Assembly: GCA_016715765.1 (NCBI GenBank)
Contig: JADJZJ010000009.1
Coordinates: 30,484 to 94,483 of the forward strand
Source of the DNA: Opitutaceae bacterium
Lineage (GTDB): Bacteria > Verrucomicrobiota > Verrucomicrobiia > Opitutales > Opitutaceae
Direction of reading: 5' to 3'
DNA length: 64,000 nucleotides
In this document: one piece after another, positions 46,855 to 60,001 of the stretch
Numbering within the stretch: the stretch's first letter is position 1
How the letters are laid out: each line of letters begins with the position of its first letter
Program-made: the position numbers and the translations under genes
The notes under the pieces: model-generated
What the model saw: only the letters and a program-made list of their open reading frames with translations
The model's database searches: none
Told to the model about the DNA's origin: nothing

Positions 46855-47437
46855 TGCCGTGACGGGTCACCGTCGCCCCCACGCCTTCACCCTCGCCGAG
46901 GTGATGGTCGCCGCCTCGCTGGCGACCCTCGTGCTGGCCGGGGTGATGAGCGCGTTTCTCTTCATCGGCCGCACCAGCTTCAGCACCGGCAACTACAGCG
47001 AGATGGAGGCCCAGACCCGCCGGGCCCTCGACCGCTTTGCCGGCGATGTGCGCATGGCCACCGGCATCCGGTGGAACAGCAGCCAGAGCCTCACCCTCAC
47101 CCTCCCCACCGCCTCCAACGCGACCACCCAGGTCACCTACGCGTACGATCCGCTCTCCGTCGGGGCCACGGCCCGCACGTTCTACCGTGTCGTCGGCGAC
47201 GCCGCCTCCCCGCTGCCCCGCGAGGCCCTGGTGCGCGGGGTGGCCACGGATTTTTCCTTCCAGCGCTTCAAGCTCGAGCAGAACGGCGTCATCGCGAATG
47301 CCGCCGCCAACGATCTGGAGACCAAACTGCTCCAGGTCTCACTCCGTCCCGTCCGGACGGGTGTCACCACGGTCGCCAGCAGCCAGCGCACCCTTTCCGC
47401 CCGTTATCTGCTGCGCAACAAGCGCGTCAGCCAATGA
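46829..47437 (+). CDS. GspJ/PilW-like minor pseudopilin (A2)
   Basis: …RRPHA|FTLAEVMVAASLATLVLAGVMSAFLFIGR…; a paralog of 49427-49963. An alternative GTG start at 46859 gives a 9-aa leader like that of B2. Confidence 0.7.
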   Translation: MTISTPPTDAVTGHRRPHAFTLAEVMVAASLATLVLAGVMSAFLFIGRTSFSTGNYSEMEAQTRRALDRFAGDVRMATGIRWNSSQSLTLTLPTASNATTQVTYAYDPLSVGATARTFYRVVGDAASPLPREALVRGVATDFSFQRFKLEQNGVIANAAANDLETKLLQVSLRPVRTGVTTVASSQRTLSARYLLRNKRVSQ

Positions 47438-48858
47438 TGTCCCGCTCCAAGCATTCACCGCGGCCTGGTCCGCACCTGCTCCCGGCGCCCACCCGGCACG
47501 GGTCGATGCAACCTGCGCGGGGCTCCGTCCTCATTGTCGCCCTGCTGCTCTCCGCCATCATCGCCCTGATGCTGGGCAGCTACCTGAATCTCAACCTGAG
47601 TTCCACCCGGCTTGCCAAGCGCTCCTTCCACAGCACCGCCGCCCTCAACCTCGTCGAGGCGGGCGCGGAGGAGGCGGTCTGGTCCTTCAACCGCGTCACG
47701 GCGGGCCACAACGATGGCTGGACGGATTGGAACACCGACGGCACCTCGGCCTGGAAAAAACTGTCCGGCTTCGACTTCGGGGCCAACACCTCCGGGTGGA
47801 CCAAGGTCTACGTCACCAGCACCAATCCCCCCGCCCGCACCAACCCCAAGGTCGTCGCCCTGGCCTCGGTCAATCCGCCCGACGGTCCGCCCGTCACCCG
47901 CATGATCGAGGTCGTCCTCCGCCGCCGCTCCTATTTCTCCAACGGCCTCGTCGCGAAGGACCGGATCGTCTTCAGCGGCGCCAATGCGAGCGTGGACAGC
48001 TGGAACTCGGATCCGGACGGGGATCCCGCCACTCCGCCGGTGGACTACAGCGCCGAGGTCCGCCGCGACCAGGGGAGCGTGGCCAGCATGAATGTGGCGA
48101 ACACCGCCATGCTCGTGAACCAGGCGGACATCTGGGGCTATGTCTACACCGGCGGCTCCCAGCCGCAGGTCGGCAGCAACGGCAGTATCCGCGGTGCGGA
48201 CACGCCGGAGGACGTGCGGATTGACGCGAACCGCATCACCACGGACTTCAACGCCGCGCTGCCCGCCGTGGCCGCCCCGGCGGACGGCATCACGATCGCG
48301 AACATCGGTTCCACCCTGGGCACCGCCGGCCTGGCGACCCGCTGGCGCTGTGCGGCGATCAACCTGAGCGGCAACCAGACGCTCACCATCCGGGGCGATG
48401 TGACCCTCATCCTCACCGCCACCTCCGGCATGAATGCGATCAGTGTCACCGGCAATGCCGGCATCATTGTCCCCGCCGGCTCCACCTTCACCGTCTACAC
48501 CGAGGGCAACGTCCGGATCGCCGGCAACGGCATCGGCAACGCCAACATCCAGCCCCGGACCCTGCAATTCTGGGGCACCCACCCCACGGCCGGCGGCCAG
48601 GAAATGCAAATCGCCGGCAACGGGGCGCTGCGCACCGTCGTCTATGCCCCCAATGCCTCCGTGACCATCAACGGCAACGGGAACGTGCTGGGCTCCGTGG
48701 TCGCCAACGACATCACCCTCGTGGGCAACGCGGCGTTTCACTATGACGAGTCGCTCGCCAATTCCGGAGAGGACACGCCCTACGGCATCACCAAGTGGCG
48801 CGAACTCAGCACCGCCGAGAGCCGCGCCGCCTACGCCGAGGTCTTCGCGGGCTGGTGA
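47434..48858 (+). CDS. GspK/PilX-like large pilin-like protein with C-terminal Gly/Asn-rich beta-solenoid-like repeats (A3)
   Basis: From ATGATG at 47434, overlapping the A2 stop. The N-terminus is …ARGSVLIVALLLSAIIALMLGSYL, with no Glu+5. The C-terminus is …IAGNGALRTVVYAPNASVTINGNGNVLGSVVANDITLVGNAAFHYDESL…WRELS…AGW. It is a paralog of B3 and B4. Confidence 0.75.
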   Translation: MMSRSKHSPRPGPHLLPAPTRHGSMQPARGSVLIVALLLSAIIALMLGSYLNLNLSSTRLAKRSFHSTAALNLVEAGAEEAVWSFNRVTAGHNDGWTDWNTDGTSAWKKLSGFDFGANTSGWTKVYVTSTNPPARTNPKVVALASVNPPDGPPVTRMIEVVLRRRSYFSNGLVAKDRIVFSGANASVDSWNSDPDGDPATPPVDYSAEVRRDQGSVASMNVANTAMLVNQADIWGYVYTGGSQPQVGSNGSIRGADTPEDVRIDANRITTDFNAALPAVAAPADGITIANIGSTLGTAGLATRWRCAAINLSGNQTLTIRGDVTLILTATSGMNAISVTGNAGIIVPAGSTFTVYTEGNVRIAGNGIGNANIQPRTLQFWGTHPTAGGQEMQIAGNGALRTVVYAPNASVTINGNGNVLGSVVANDITLVGNAAFHYDESLANSGEDTPYGITKWRELSTAESRAAYAEVFAGW

Positions 48859-48890
48859 CTTTCCGTCCGGACCCGGCGGGACGCTCCCAT

Positions 48891-48915
48891 CAGGCCTACC
48901 GGCACTAGGCCTGAA
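48891..48915. promoter_or_regulatory. candidate operator upstream of module B (CAGGCCTACCGGCACTAGGCCTGAA)
   Basis: It shares TAGGCCTGAA with 43960-43969 and contains a second AGGCCT copy 15 nt upstream. It lies 55-80 nt before the B1 start. Confidence 0.3.
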
Positions 48916-48969
48916 ATACGGACCCGTACGCCTCTAACATTGCGGGCGGCTGGCTGGCATGATGGACGC

Positions 48970-49434
48970 ATGCCCAATCCATTTCGCACCCGCCGGCGCC
49001 GCGAGGGCGGCTTCACGATCGTCGAGGTCGCCATGGCCAGCTTCATCATGGCCTTCGGCATCGCCACCTCGATCATCGCGATGCAGTCCGGCTACAAGCA
49101 CATCGATCTCGCCCGCGGCACCACGCTCGCGTCCCAAATCATCCAGAGCGAGATGGAGCGCCTGCGCATGATGAGCTGGACGATGATCAATGCGCTGCCG
49201 GCCAACGAGACCTTTGACGGCGCCACGTTCTTCAGCGAGCACGCCAACATCGAGGACATTTACACCATCACCCGCACGGTCACGGACGACAGCACCCGCC
49301 CGGGCGAGATCAAGAACATCAACATCTCCGTCCGCTGGCGCACCTACGATCAGCGCTGGCATCAACGCTCCTTCAACGCGATCTACGCAAAAAACGGCCT
49401 TTATGACTATTACTACACTGTTGCCCATGAGTAA
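48970..49434 (+). CDS. GspI/PilV-like minor pseudopilin (B1)
   Basis: MPNPFRTRRRREGG|FTIVEVAMASFIMAFGIATSIIAM…QSEMERLRMMSW…GLYDYYYTVAHE. Confidence 0.8.
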   Translation: MPNPFRTRRRREGGFTIVEVAMASFIMAFGIATSIIAMQSGYKHIDLARGTTLASQIIQSEMERLRMMSWTMINALPANETFDGATFFSEHANIEDIYTITRTVTDDSTRPGEIKNINISVRWRTYDQRWHQRSFNAIYAKNGLYDYYYTVAHE

Positions 49435-49963
49435 GCCCGCCCGCCGCCGGGGCTTCACCCTGGTGGAGGTCATGATCGGGGCGGCGCTCTCGACCTTCAT
49501 CCTGGCCGGGGTCCTCTCGACCTTCCTCTTCCTCGGGCGCAGCGGCGCCAACATGCAGAATTACTCCGACATGGAGACCCAGGCCCGCCGGGGGCTGGAA
49601 ATTTTCGCGGAAGACGTGCGCCAGGCCAGCGCCATCACCTGGAACAGCGCCGAGTCAGCCACGATTGTGGTGAACTCCGCCAGCGTCACCTACGCCTACG
49701 ACAGCAGCACGCGCATCTTTTCCCGCAATGGAGCTAATCTCATCACGGGGGTGACCCCGGGCAGCTTCGCCTTCTCGGCCTTCAATGTCGCCGGGACGGA
49801 GATGCCGCTGTCCACCGCGGCGGAGCGTTCCGCCGCCAGTTCCAGCACGAAGCAGCTCCAGATCACCCTCGAGGCCACGCGCACGAACACGACCGTCGTC
49901 GCCGCGACGAATACCGTGCTCTCCGCCCGCTTCATCCTTCGCAACAAGATCGTCACCGCCTGA
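49427..49963 (+). CDS. GspJ/PilW-like minor pseudopilin (B2)
   Basis: MSKPARRRG|FTLVEVMIGAALSTFILAGVLSTFLFLGR…. It overlaps B1 by 8 nt. Confidence 0.8.
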   Translation: MSKPARRRGFTLVEVMIGAALSTFILAGVLSTFLFLGRSGANMQNYSDMETQARRGLEIFAEDVRQASAITWNSAESATIVVNSASVTYAYDSSTRIFSRNGANLITGVTPGSFAFSAFNVAGTEMPLSTAAERSAASSSTKQLQITLEATRTNTTVVAATNTVLSARFILRNKIVTA

Positions 49964-49974
49964 GCGGCGCTCCC

Positions 49975-51456
49975 ATGAAGACCAACCCTTCGTTCCGTCC
50001 CCTCCCTGCGACCCGCAGTCTGCGCCTGGCACAGACGAGGGGTTCCGTGCTCATCGTCTCGATGATCCTGTGCGCCGTCATCGGCATCTCGCTCGCAAGC
50101 TACCTGCAGCTCGGTCGCACCGGCCTGTTCATCTCCAACCGGGCCCTCTACAGCAACGCCGCCATGAACCTTGCCGAGAACGGGCTCGAGGAGGCGATGT
50201 ATGCCATCAACAAAACGGTGGCCGACAGCGGCTACAATTGGGCGGACAACGGCTGGACCACATCAAGCCCCGTGCCCACCGGCGATGCCCGGCGGGTGTT
50301 GCCCGCGTCCGGCACCTACAACTTCGACCAGGGTGTCACCGGCACCGTGCGCGTCTACGTGGTCGGCTATTCCGGCACCGCTCCCCGCGCCCTGGCCCGT
50401 TCCACCGTCAACCTCGGCTCAGGCCGGACCATTGAAAAGTGGGTCGAGGTCCGGATGCGCAAAACCTCCCGGTTCGCCAACGGCCTGGTGGCCAAGGATT
50501 CCATCCGCTTTGCCGGCAACAACGCCTCGGTGGACAGCTGGCACTCCAAGAAAAACGACGACGGCACCCCGCGGGCCTCGCCCGTGCCCTACAGTTCCGC
50601 CGTGGATCATGACAAGGGCTCGGTCGGCTCCATCTCCGTTTCCGTGGACGCCGTTCTCGTCCAGAACGCCGACATCTGGGGCTATGCCGCCACCGGCGGC
50701 GCGATCCCGGCCGTGGGCAGCAACGGCCTGGTCGGACCCTATGGCACGACGAGCGGACAAATGGACATGTCCCGCGTCTCCACGGACTTCTCCGCCAGCT
50801 TCGATCCGGTTTCGCCGCCCACGACCGCGGGTTACACCGACATCGCCAACATCACGGCCAACACGATCCTGCCGCGGGCAACTGATGCTCCTGCTTCGGA
50901 TGGAAAATATTATTATACCACGGGCCAGATCAGCTTTAACAACAAGTACCTTACGATTCAGAAAAAGACCGTCGGGTCACCCGCCGTGCAGGTCGTGATC
51001 ACCCTGACCAACACCACCACCTCGATCAGCATCGGCGGTGGTTCCGGTGCCGTCAATATCGAGTCGGGCTCCCAGCTCGAACTTTATGCCCCGGGCAACA
51101 TCTCCATCGCCGGCAACGGCGTCATGAACGGGGGCACCACCGCCGCCACCGCCAATCTGCCGGAGGCTTTTCAAATCTGGGGCACCAAGACCTCCGGCGT
51201 GCAGGACATCTCCATCGCCGGCAACGGCGTCCTCAGCGGCGTCGTTTACGTTCCGCAGGGTTCGGTCAAGATCAACGGCAACGGCGACGTGTGCGGCTCG
51301 GTCGTGGCCAATGACATCACCGTGGTCGGCAATGCCCTGTTCCATTACGACGAATCCCTGGGCGACTTCGGCGGCAACAATCCCTACCGCGTCTCCCTCT
51401 GGCGCGAGATCACCTCGGCCGCCGGCCGCAGCGCCGTCACCGTCCTGAATTGGTAA
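49975..51456 (+). CDS. GspK/PilX-like large pilin-like protein with Gly/Asn-rich repeats (B3)
   Basis: …QTRGSVLIVSMILCAVIGISLASYL…, …IAGNGVLSGVVYVPQGSVKINGNGDVCGSVVANDITVVGNALFHYDESLGD…WREITS…TVLNW. Confidence 0.8.
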   Translation: MKTNPSFRPLPATRSLRLAQTRGSVLIVSMILCAVIGISLASYLQLGRTGLFISNRALYSNAAMNLAENGLEEAMYAINKTVADSGYNWADNGWTTSSPVPTGDARRVLPASGTYNFDQGVTGTVRVYVVGYSGTAPRALARSTVNLGSGRTIEKWVEVRMRKTSRFANGLVAKDSIRFAGNNASVDSWHSKKNDDGTPRASPVPYSSAVDHDKGSVGSISVSVDAVLVQNADIWGYAATGGAIPAVGSNGLVGPYGTTSGQMDMSRVSTDFSASFDPVSPPTTAGYTDIANITANTILPRATDAPASDGKYYYTTGQISFNNKYLTIQKKTVGSPAVQVVITLTNTTTSISIGGGSGAVNIESGSQLELYAPGNISIAGNGVMNGGTTAATANLPEAFQIWGTKTSGVQDISIAGNGVLSGVVYVPQGSVKINGNGDVCGSVVANDITVVGNALFHYDESLGDFGGNNPYRVSLWREITSAAGRSAVTVLNW

Positions 51457-51616
51457 GGGCGGCAGAACCACCACCGGCACGGAAGTCCGACGATGATTGG
51501 ACGGGCCGTCGGCACTCATCCTCAAATCCCCGGCTGCCCGCCGCCAGCATTCGCTTCCCGCCACAAATAATCATTCCGCTCGTGTCTGTAAAAGTCCTCC
51601 CCCCGGGACCGAACGC

Positions 51617-53119
51617 ATGCATCGCCGATTTCCCATGATCAGGAGGCCTTCGCCAGTTCCCGTCGCTCCCGTCCGATTCGCGCCCCTCCCCGCCGCCTCG
51701 AAGGGCTCCGTCCTGATCGTCGCGATGGTCCTTTCCGCGGTCATCAGCGTCTCGCTGGTCAGCTATCTGCAGATGAGCCGGACGAGCCTGCAGATTTCCA
51801 ACAGCGCCTTCTACCATAATGCGGCCATGAATCTGGCCGAGAACGGCCTGGAGGAAGCCCTGTACGCCATCAACAAGACCGTGGCCGACAGCAGCTACGA
51901 CTGGGCGGCCAACGGCTGGGACACCGCGAGCCCGGTACCCGCCGGAGATGCCCGGCGCCGGCTGCCTTCGGCCAGCACCACCTACCAGTTCGACCAGAAC
52001 GTCACCGGCTTCGTGCGCGTTTATGTGCTGGGCTACAACAGCGCCGCCCCCCGGGCCGTCGCCCGTTCCACCATCACGCTCAGCACCGGCCATATCATCC
52101 AGAAATGGGTCGAGATCCGGCTGCGCAAGGCCTCCAGGTTTGCCACCGGGCTGGTCGCCCGGGAATCCATCAGTTTTTCCGGCAACAACGCCTCGGTGGA
52201 CAGCTGGCACTCGAGGAAAAACGACGACGGCACGCCGCGGGCCACTCCGGTCGCCTACAGTTCCGCCGTCGATCATGACCGGGGCTCCGTGGGCTCGCTT
52301 TCCGTCGGCGTGAATGCCGTCCTCGTCCAGAATGCCGACATCTGGGGCTATGTCGCCACCGGCGGCACCATGCCTTCCGTCGGCAGCAACGGACTCGTCG
52401 GGCCTTATGGCACGGCCAGCGGTGAAATGGACCTGGGCCGCATCTCCACGGATTTCACCGCGAATTTCGAGCCGGTGGCGCCGCCCGCCAACGGCGGCGA
52501 CAACATCGGCGACATCACGACCAACCTCAATCTGCCCCGGGCCGCCGATGCCCTCGCGACAGATGGGAAATACTACTACACCGTCGGCCAGATCAATTTT
52601 AACAACAAGACGCTCGCCATTGCGAAAAAGACCGCCGCCTCGCCCCCCGTGCACGTCGTCATCACCCTCACCAATCCGGCCACGAGCATCAATATCGGCG
52701 GCGGCAGCGGCGCGCTCAACATCGAGCGCGGCTCGCAGCTGGAGCTGTTCGCCCCCGGCGACATCAAAATCGCCGGCAACGGGGTGATGAACGGCGGCAG
52801 CACCTCCGCCGCGGCGAACCTGCCGGAGTACTTTCAAATCTGGGGCACCCGGACCACCGGGGTGCAGGACATCCAGATCGCGGGCAACGGCGTGCTCAGC
52901 GGTTTGGTCTACGCCCCCAATGGTTCGGTAAAAATCAACGGCAACGGCGATGTCAGCGGTTCCGTCGTGGCCAACGACATCACCGTGGTCGGCAATGCCG
53001 CCTTCCACTACGACGAGGCCCTGGGCGATTACGGCGGGAACAACCCCTTCCGCGTCGCGCTCTGGCGCGAGATCAGCTCGGCCGCGGACCGCAACGCCAT
53101 CACCGTGCTGGACTGGTGA
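51617..53119 (+). CDS. GspK/PilX-like large pilin-like protein, tandem paralog of B3 (B4)
   Basis: From ATG 51617 (MHRRFPMIRRPSP…SKGSVLIVAMVLSAVISVSLVSYL). It is collinear with B3 along the whole length, roughly three-quarters identical by eye. Confidence 0.8.
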   Translation: MHRRFPMIRRPSPVPVAPVRFAPLPAASKGSVLIVAMVLSAVISVSLVSYLQMSRTSLQISNSAFYHNAAMNLAENGLEEALYAINKTVADSSYDWAANGWDTASPVPAGDARRRLPSASTTYQFDQNVTGFVRVYVLGYNSAAPRAVARSTITLSTGHIIQKWVEIRLRKASRFATGLVARESISFSGNNASVDSWHSRKNDDGTPRATPVAYSSAVDHDRGSVGSLSVGVNAVLVQNADIWGYVATGGTMPSVGSNGLVGPYGTASGEMDLGRISTDFTANFEPVAPPANGGDNIGDITTNLNLPRAADALATDGKYYYTVGQINFNNKTLAIAKKTAASPPVHVVITLTNPATSINIGGGSGALNIERGSQLELFAPGDIKIAGNGVMNGGSTSAAANLPEYFQIWGTRTTGVQDIQIAGNGVLSGLVYAPNGSVKINGNGDVSGSVVANDITVVGNAAFHYDEALGDYGGNNPFRVALWREISSAADRNAITVLDW

Positions 53120-53136
53120 GTGGGCGTAGCACGAAT

Positions 53137-53196
53137 GCAGGAGCGGCTTTATGCCGCGAACGAACGCGTAACATCGCGGCGTAAAGCCGCTCCTAC
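53137..53196. repeat. REP doublet (GCAGGAGCGGCTTTATGCCGCGA … TCGCGGCGTAAAGCCGCTCCTAC)
   Basis: Inverted units at 53137-53159 and 53174-53196, of the same family as the single unit at 29703. Confidence 0.7.
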
Positions 53197-53237
53197 AGTT
53201 GAACAAGCGCAGGCAGGCACTGGTTGAAAATAGCTAG

Positions 53238-53709
53238 TTTTGGGGCCGGTAAGCCGGATTATGTTCCTCCCGCTTGCGCGGGATTCGGCCGTCATTTCTC
53301 TCAACGTCCGCCTTGCGACAGACCTGCCCTCCGCAGCTCCGCTTGCGCGGAGCGAAGGAGGGTGCGGCATACCCGTGGCTATGGGACGGGCCGTCCAGCC
53401 ACCTATTTTGCCTTGCACCGGAAGGGGTTTTTCGTGCCGCCAACGTCGCCGTTGGCGCGGTGGGCTCTTACCCCACCTTTTCACCCTTACCCTGAGCGAG
53501 CCGCCTTGCGGCGGATCGAACCGGGCGGTTTGTTCTCTGTGACACTGTCCGTCACCAAGCCTTGACGCTTGGCGCCCGCACTTGCGGTGAAGCTCGTGCG
53601 GCATCCTGCCCTGCGGTGTCCGGACTTTCCTCTCCGAACTTCCAATACGGGCGCGGCGTTACCCGCGCCTTGGGATCAAAGAACTCGGAGCGACGACCAG
53701 GCCCCAAAA
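53238..53709 (-). ncRNA. rnpB: RNase P RNA, bacterial type A
   Basis: The minus strand carries GGAGAGGAAAGUCCGGACAC, GGGUAAGGGUGAAAAGGUGGGGUAAGAGCCCACCGCGCC, GGUGCAAGGCAAAAUAGG and ACAUAAUCCGGCUUACCGGCCCC. P1 forms from GGGGCC (5') and GGCCCC (3'). There is no credible ORF. The ends are accurate to about +/-5 nt. Confidence 0.9.
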
Positions 53710-57153
<3,444 letters not shown>

Positions 57154-57373
57154 GTGAGGGTAGCGAGGGAATGGAGCTTCCGGGTGCTCGTGGAAGGCCC
57201 AGCGCACCTCGGTCTATCGCGCCCGAACGTTCCGAAGCCTGGCCATCACCTTCGCCGCTCCTGCAGCCTCACGTTCCGCCACTTCGTCAGTTTCCGCAAG
57301 CGAATGTACACCGCCGCCGAAAAGCCTCCCGCCTCGGCCCGCATCCCGAAACCTCTCCAACATCACCGACATC

Positions 57374-59812
57374 ATGCAGACGGCCTACATCGAGTATTCG
57401 ATGTCGGTCATCATCTCGCGCGCCCTGCCCGACGCCCGCGACGGCCTCAAGCCCGTCCAGCGCCGCGTCCTCTACGCGATGCTCCGCGAGGGCCTGCTGC
57501 ACAACCGGTCCTTCGACAAGTGCGCCGGCGTCGTCGGCGAAGTGCTGAAGAACTACCACCCGCACGGCGATTCCTCCGTCTACGACACCCTCGTCCGCAT
57601 GGCCCAGCCCTGGGTCATGCGCTACCCGCTCATCGACCCGCAGGGCAACTTCGGCTCCGTGGACGGCGATCCCCCGGCCGCCTACCGTTACACCGAGGCC
57701 CGGCTCAAGGACATGGCCGAGGACCTGCTGAAGGACATCGAGGAGGACACGGTCGACTTCGCGCCCAACTACAAGGAGTCGACCACCGAGCCCACCGTCC
57801 TGCCCTCCGCCCTGCCGAACCTGCTGATGAACGGCTCGACCGGCATCGCCGTCGGCATGACGACCAACATCCCGCCGCACAACCTCGACGAGATCATCGA
57901 CGCCACCGTCGCCATCATCGACCACCCCCGCATCACGGTCGACGAGTTGTGCGAGATCGTCCGCGGACCCGATTTCCCCACCGGCGGCGTCATCTCCGGC
58001 CGCGAGGGCATCCTCAGCTACCTGAAGACCGGCAAGGGCATCGTCCGCACCCGCGGCAAGGCCCACACCGAGGAACTCAAGGGCGGCATGGAGCAGATCG
58101 TCATCACCGAGATTCCGTACAACGTGAATCGCGCCACCCTCGTCACCCGCATCGCCGAACTCGTCGGCGAGAAGGAGATCGACGGCATCCGCGACCTGCG
58201 CGACGAGTCCGACGAGAACACCCGCATCGTCATCGAACTGAAGCGCGGCGAGCAGGCCAAGGTGGTCATCAACCAGCTCTTCCAGAAGACCGCCCTCGAG
58301 TCCTCCTTCGGCGTCACCCTGCTGGCCCTCGACAAGAAGCGGCCGAAGCAGATGAACATCAAGGAGCTCATCGAGTGCTACATCGAGCACCGCCGCGATG
58401 TCATCACCCGCCGCACGAAGTTCCGGCTCCGGCAGGCGCTCGACCGCGCCCACATCCTCGAGGGCTACATCATCGCGCTCGATAACCTCGACGACTTCGT
58501 GAAGATCATCCGCGCCTCCTCCAACCGCGAGGACGCCAAGGTGAAATTGATGGCGAAGTACCCGCTCTCCGAGCGCCAGACCGACGCCATCCTGGAACTC
58601 CGCCTCTACCAGCTCACCGGGCTGGAACGCGGCAAAATCGAAGCCGAATACCTCGAACTCATGAAGCTCATCGAGGAACTGAAGGGCATCCTCGAGTCCG
58701 AGGCCAAGCTTCTCGCCCTCATCAAGAAGGAACTCGCCGAGATGAAGGCGAAGTACACCTCGCCCCGCCGCACCGAGATCATCGGCGCGGCCGGCGAATT
58801 CCGCATGGAGGACGTCGTCCCCAACGAGGGCTGCGTCATCACCGTCTCCCACCTCGGCTTCATCAAGCGCACCCCCGTCGCCGAGTACCGCTCGCAAAAG
58901 CGCGGCGGCAAGGGCGTCATCGGCACCGACACCTACGACGAGGACTTCGTGGAGCACCTCTTCACGGCCTCGACGCATGACTACATCCTGTTCCTCACCA
59001 GCATCGGCCAGTGCCATGCCAAGAAGGTCTACGACGTCCCCGAGGGCACCCGCACCTCCAAGGGCAAGTCCGTCGCCTCCTTCCTGCGCCTGGCCGAGGG
59101 CGAGAAAATCGCCGCCATGCTCTGCGTGAAGGACTTCGCGGCCGACCGCTATCTCGTGATGGCCACCAAGCGCGGCATCATCAAGAAGAGCTCCCTCTCC
59201 GACTACGCCAACTGCACCCGCGAGGGCGGCCTCATCGGCATCAACCTCGCGGAAGGCGACAGCGTCATCGGCACCGTCCTCACCACCGGCGAGAACGAGC
59301 TCATCCTCGTCTCCCACCAGGGCCTCGCTGTCCGCTTCCGCGAACGCGACGCCGAGAGCGGCGAGGACCTTTTCCGCCCCACCGGCCGGGCCACGGGCGG
59401 CGTCACGGGCATGCGCTTCAAGCTCGAGAGCGACTACCTCGACGTCATCGAGGTCGTGGACCACGAGGCCAAGTTCCTGGTCGCCAGCGAGGCCGGCCTC
59501 GGCGTCCGCACCCGGTTCGAGGACTACCGCCTCATCAACCGCGGCGGCTCCGGCGTGTGGGCCATCACCCTCCCCGAGGACAATTCCATCAACCTCGCCG
59601 GCGCGCTGAGCGTGCGCGACGACGACGAGATCATGCTCCTCACGGCCAAGGGCCAGAGCGTCCGCTGCCCGGTCAACACCATCCGCGAGACCAACCGCGG
59701 CGCCAAGGGCGTGAAGCTTCTCACCCTCGCCGAGGGCGACAAGCTCCTCAGCATCGCCCGCATCGTCGAGACCGCCGAGGAACAGGAAGCCAACGCCGAA
59801 CCGGCGGAGTAA
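57374..59812 (+). CDS. gyrA: DNA gyrase subunit A (true N-terminus probably upstream; see findings)
   Basis: …[32 protein letters not shown]…, [18 protein letters not shown], then C-terminal beta-pinwheel repeats. Confidence 0.93.
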   Translation: MQTAYIEYSMSVIISRALPDARDGLKPVQRRVLYAMLREGLLHNRSFDKCAGVVGEVLKNYHPHGDSSVYDTLVRMAQPWVMRYPLIDPQGNFGSVDGDPPAAYRYTEARLKDMAEDLLKDIEEDTVDFAPNYKESTTEPTVLPSALPNLLMNGSTGIAVGMTTNIPPHNLDEIIDATVAIIDHPRITVDELCEIVRGPDFPTGGVISGREGILSYLKTGKGIVRTRGKAHTEELKGGMEQIVITEIPYNVNRATLVTRIAELVGEKEIDGIRDLRDESDENTRIVIELKRGEQAKVVINQLFQKTALESSFGVTLLALDKKRPKQMNIKELIECYIEHRRDVITRRTKFRLRQALDRAHILEGYIIALDNLDDFVKIIRASSNREDAKVKLMAKYPLSERQTDAILELRLYQLTGLERGKIEAEYLELMKLIEELKGILESEAKLLALIKKELAEMKAKYTSPRRTEIIGAAGEFRMEDVVPNEGCVITVSHLGFIKRTPVAEYRSQKRGGKGVIGTDTYDEDFVEHLFTASTHDYILFLTSIGQCHAKKVYDVPEGTRTSKGKSVASFLRLAEGEKIAAMLCVKDFAADRYLVMATKRGIIKKSSLSDYANCTREGGLIGINLAEGDSVIGTVLTTGENELILVSHQGLAVRFRERDAESGEDLFRPTGRATGGVTGMRFKLESDYLDVIEVVDHEAKFLVASEAGLGVRTRFEDYRLINRGGSGVWAITLPEDNSINLAGALSVRDDDEIMLLTAKGQSVRCPVNTIRETNRGAKGVKLLTLAEGDKLLSIARIVETAEEQEANAEPAE

Positions 59813-59833
59813 GGATTCACCACTTGGATCCCT

Positions 59834-59926
59834 GTAGGGCCGGACCTTGGTCCGCGCCTCGGGTCGCGCCTCGGGGCACCTATTGGCCACGCGGCGCAAA
59901 CAGGCGTCACCAAGGTGACGCCCTGC
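59834..59926. repeat. REP doublet (GTAGGGCCGGACCTTGGTCCGCGCC … GGCGTCACCAAGGTGACGCCCTGC)
   Basis: Units at 59834-59858 (+) and 59903-59926 (-), pairing the same unit types as at 16976-17055. Confidence 0.7.
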
Positions 59927-60001
59927 ATTCCGCTTTCCGTACGCTGATTCGGTTTGCGGCCTTAACCCGCCCGCGCGCACCGCCCGGAGACAGCGGCGGC
60001 G

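Noticed and set aside
47037-48224. Alternative-frame ORFs (47037-48224 and the 5' part of 47071-48858) overlapping A2 and A3.
   Set aside because: Their translations are Pro/Arg/Ala-rich with no motifs. The paralog comparison with B2, B3 and B4 fixes the true frames and the start at 47434.
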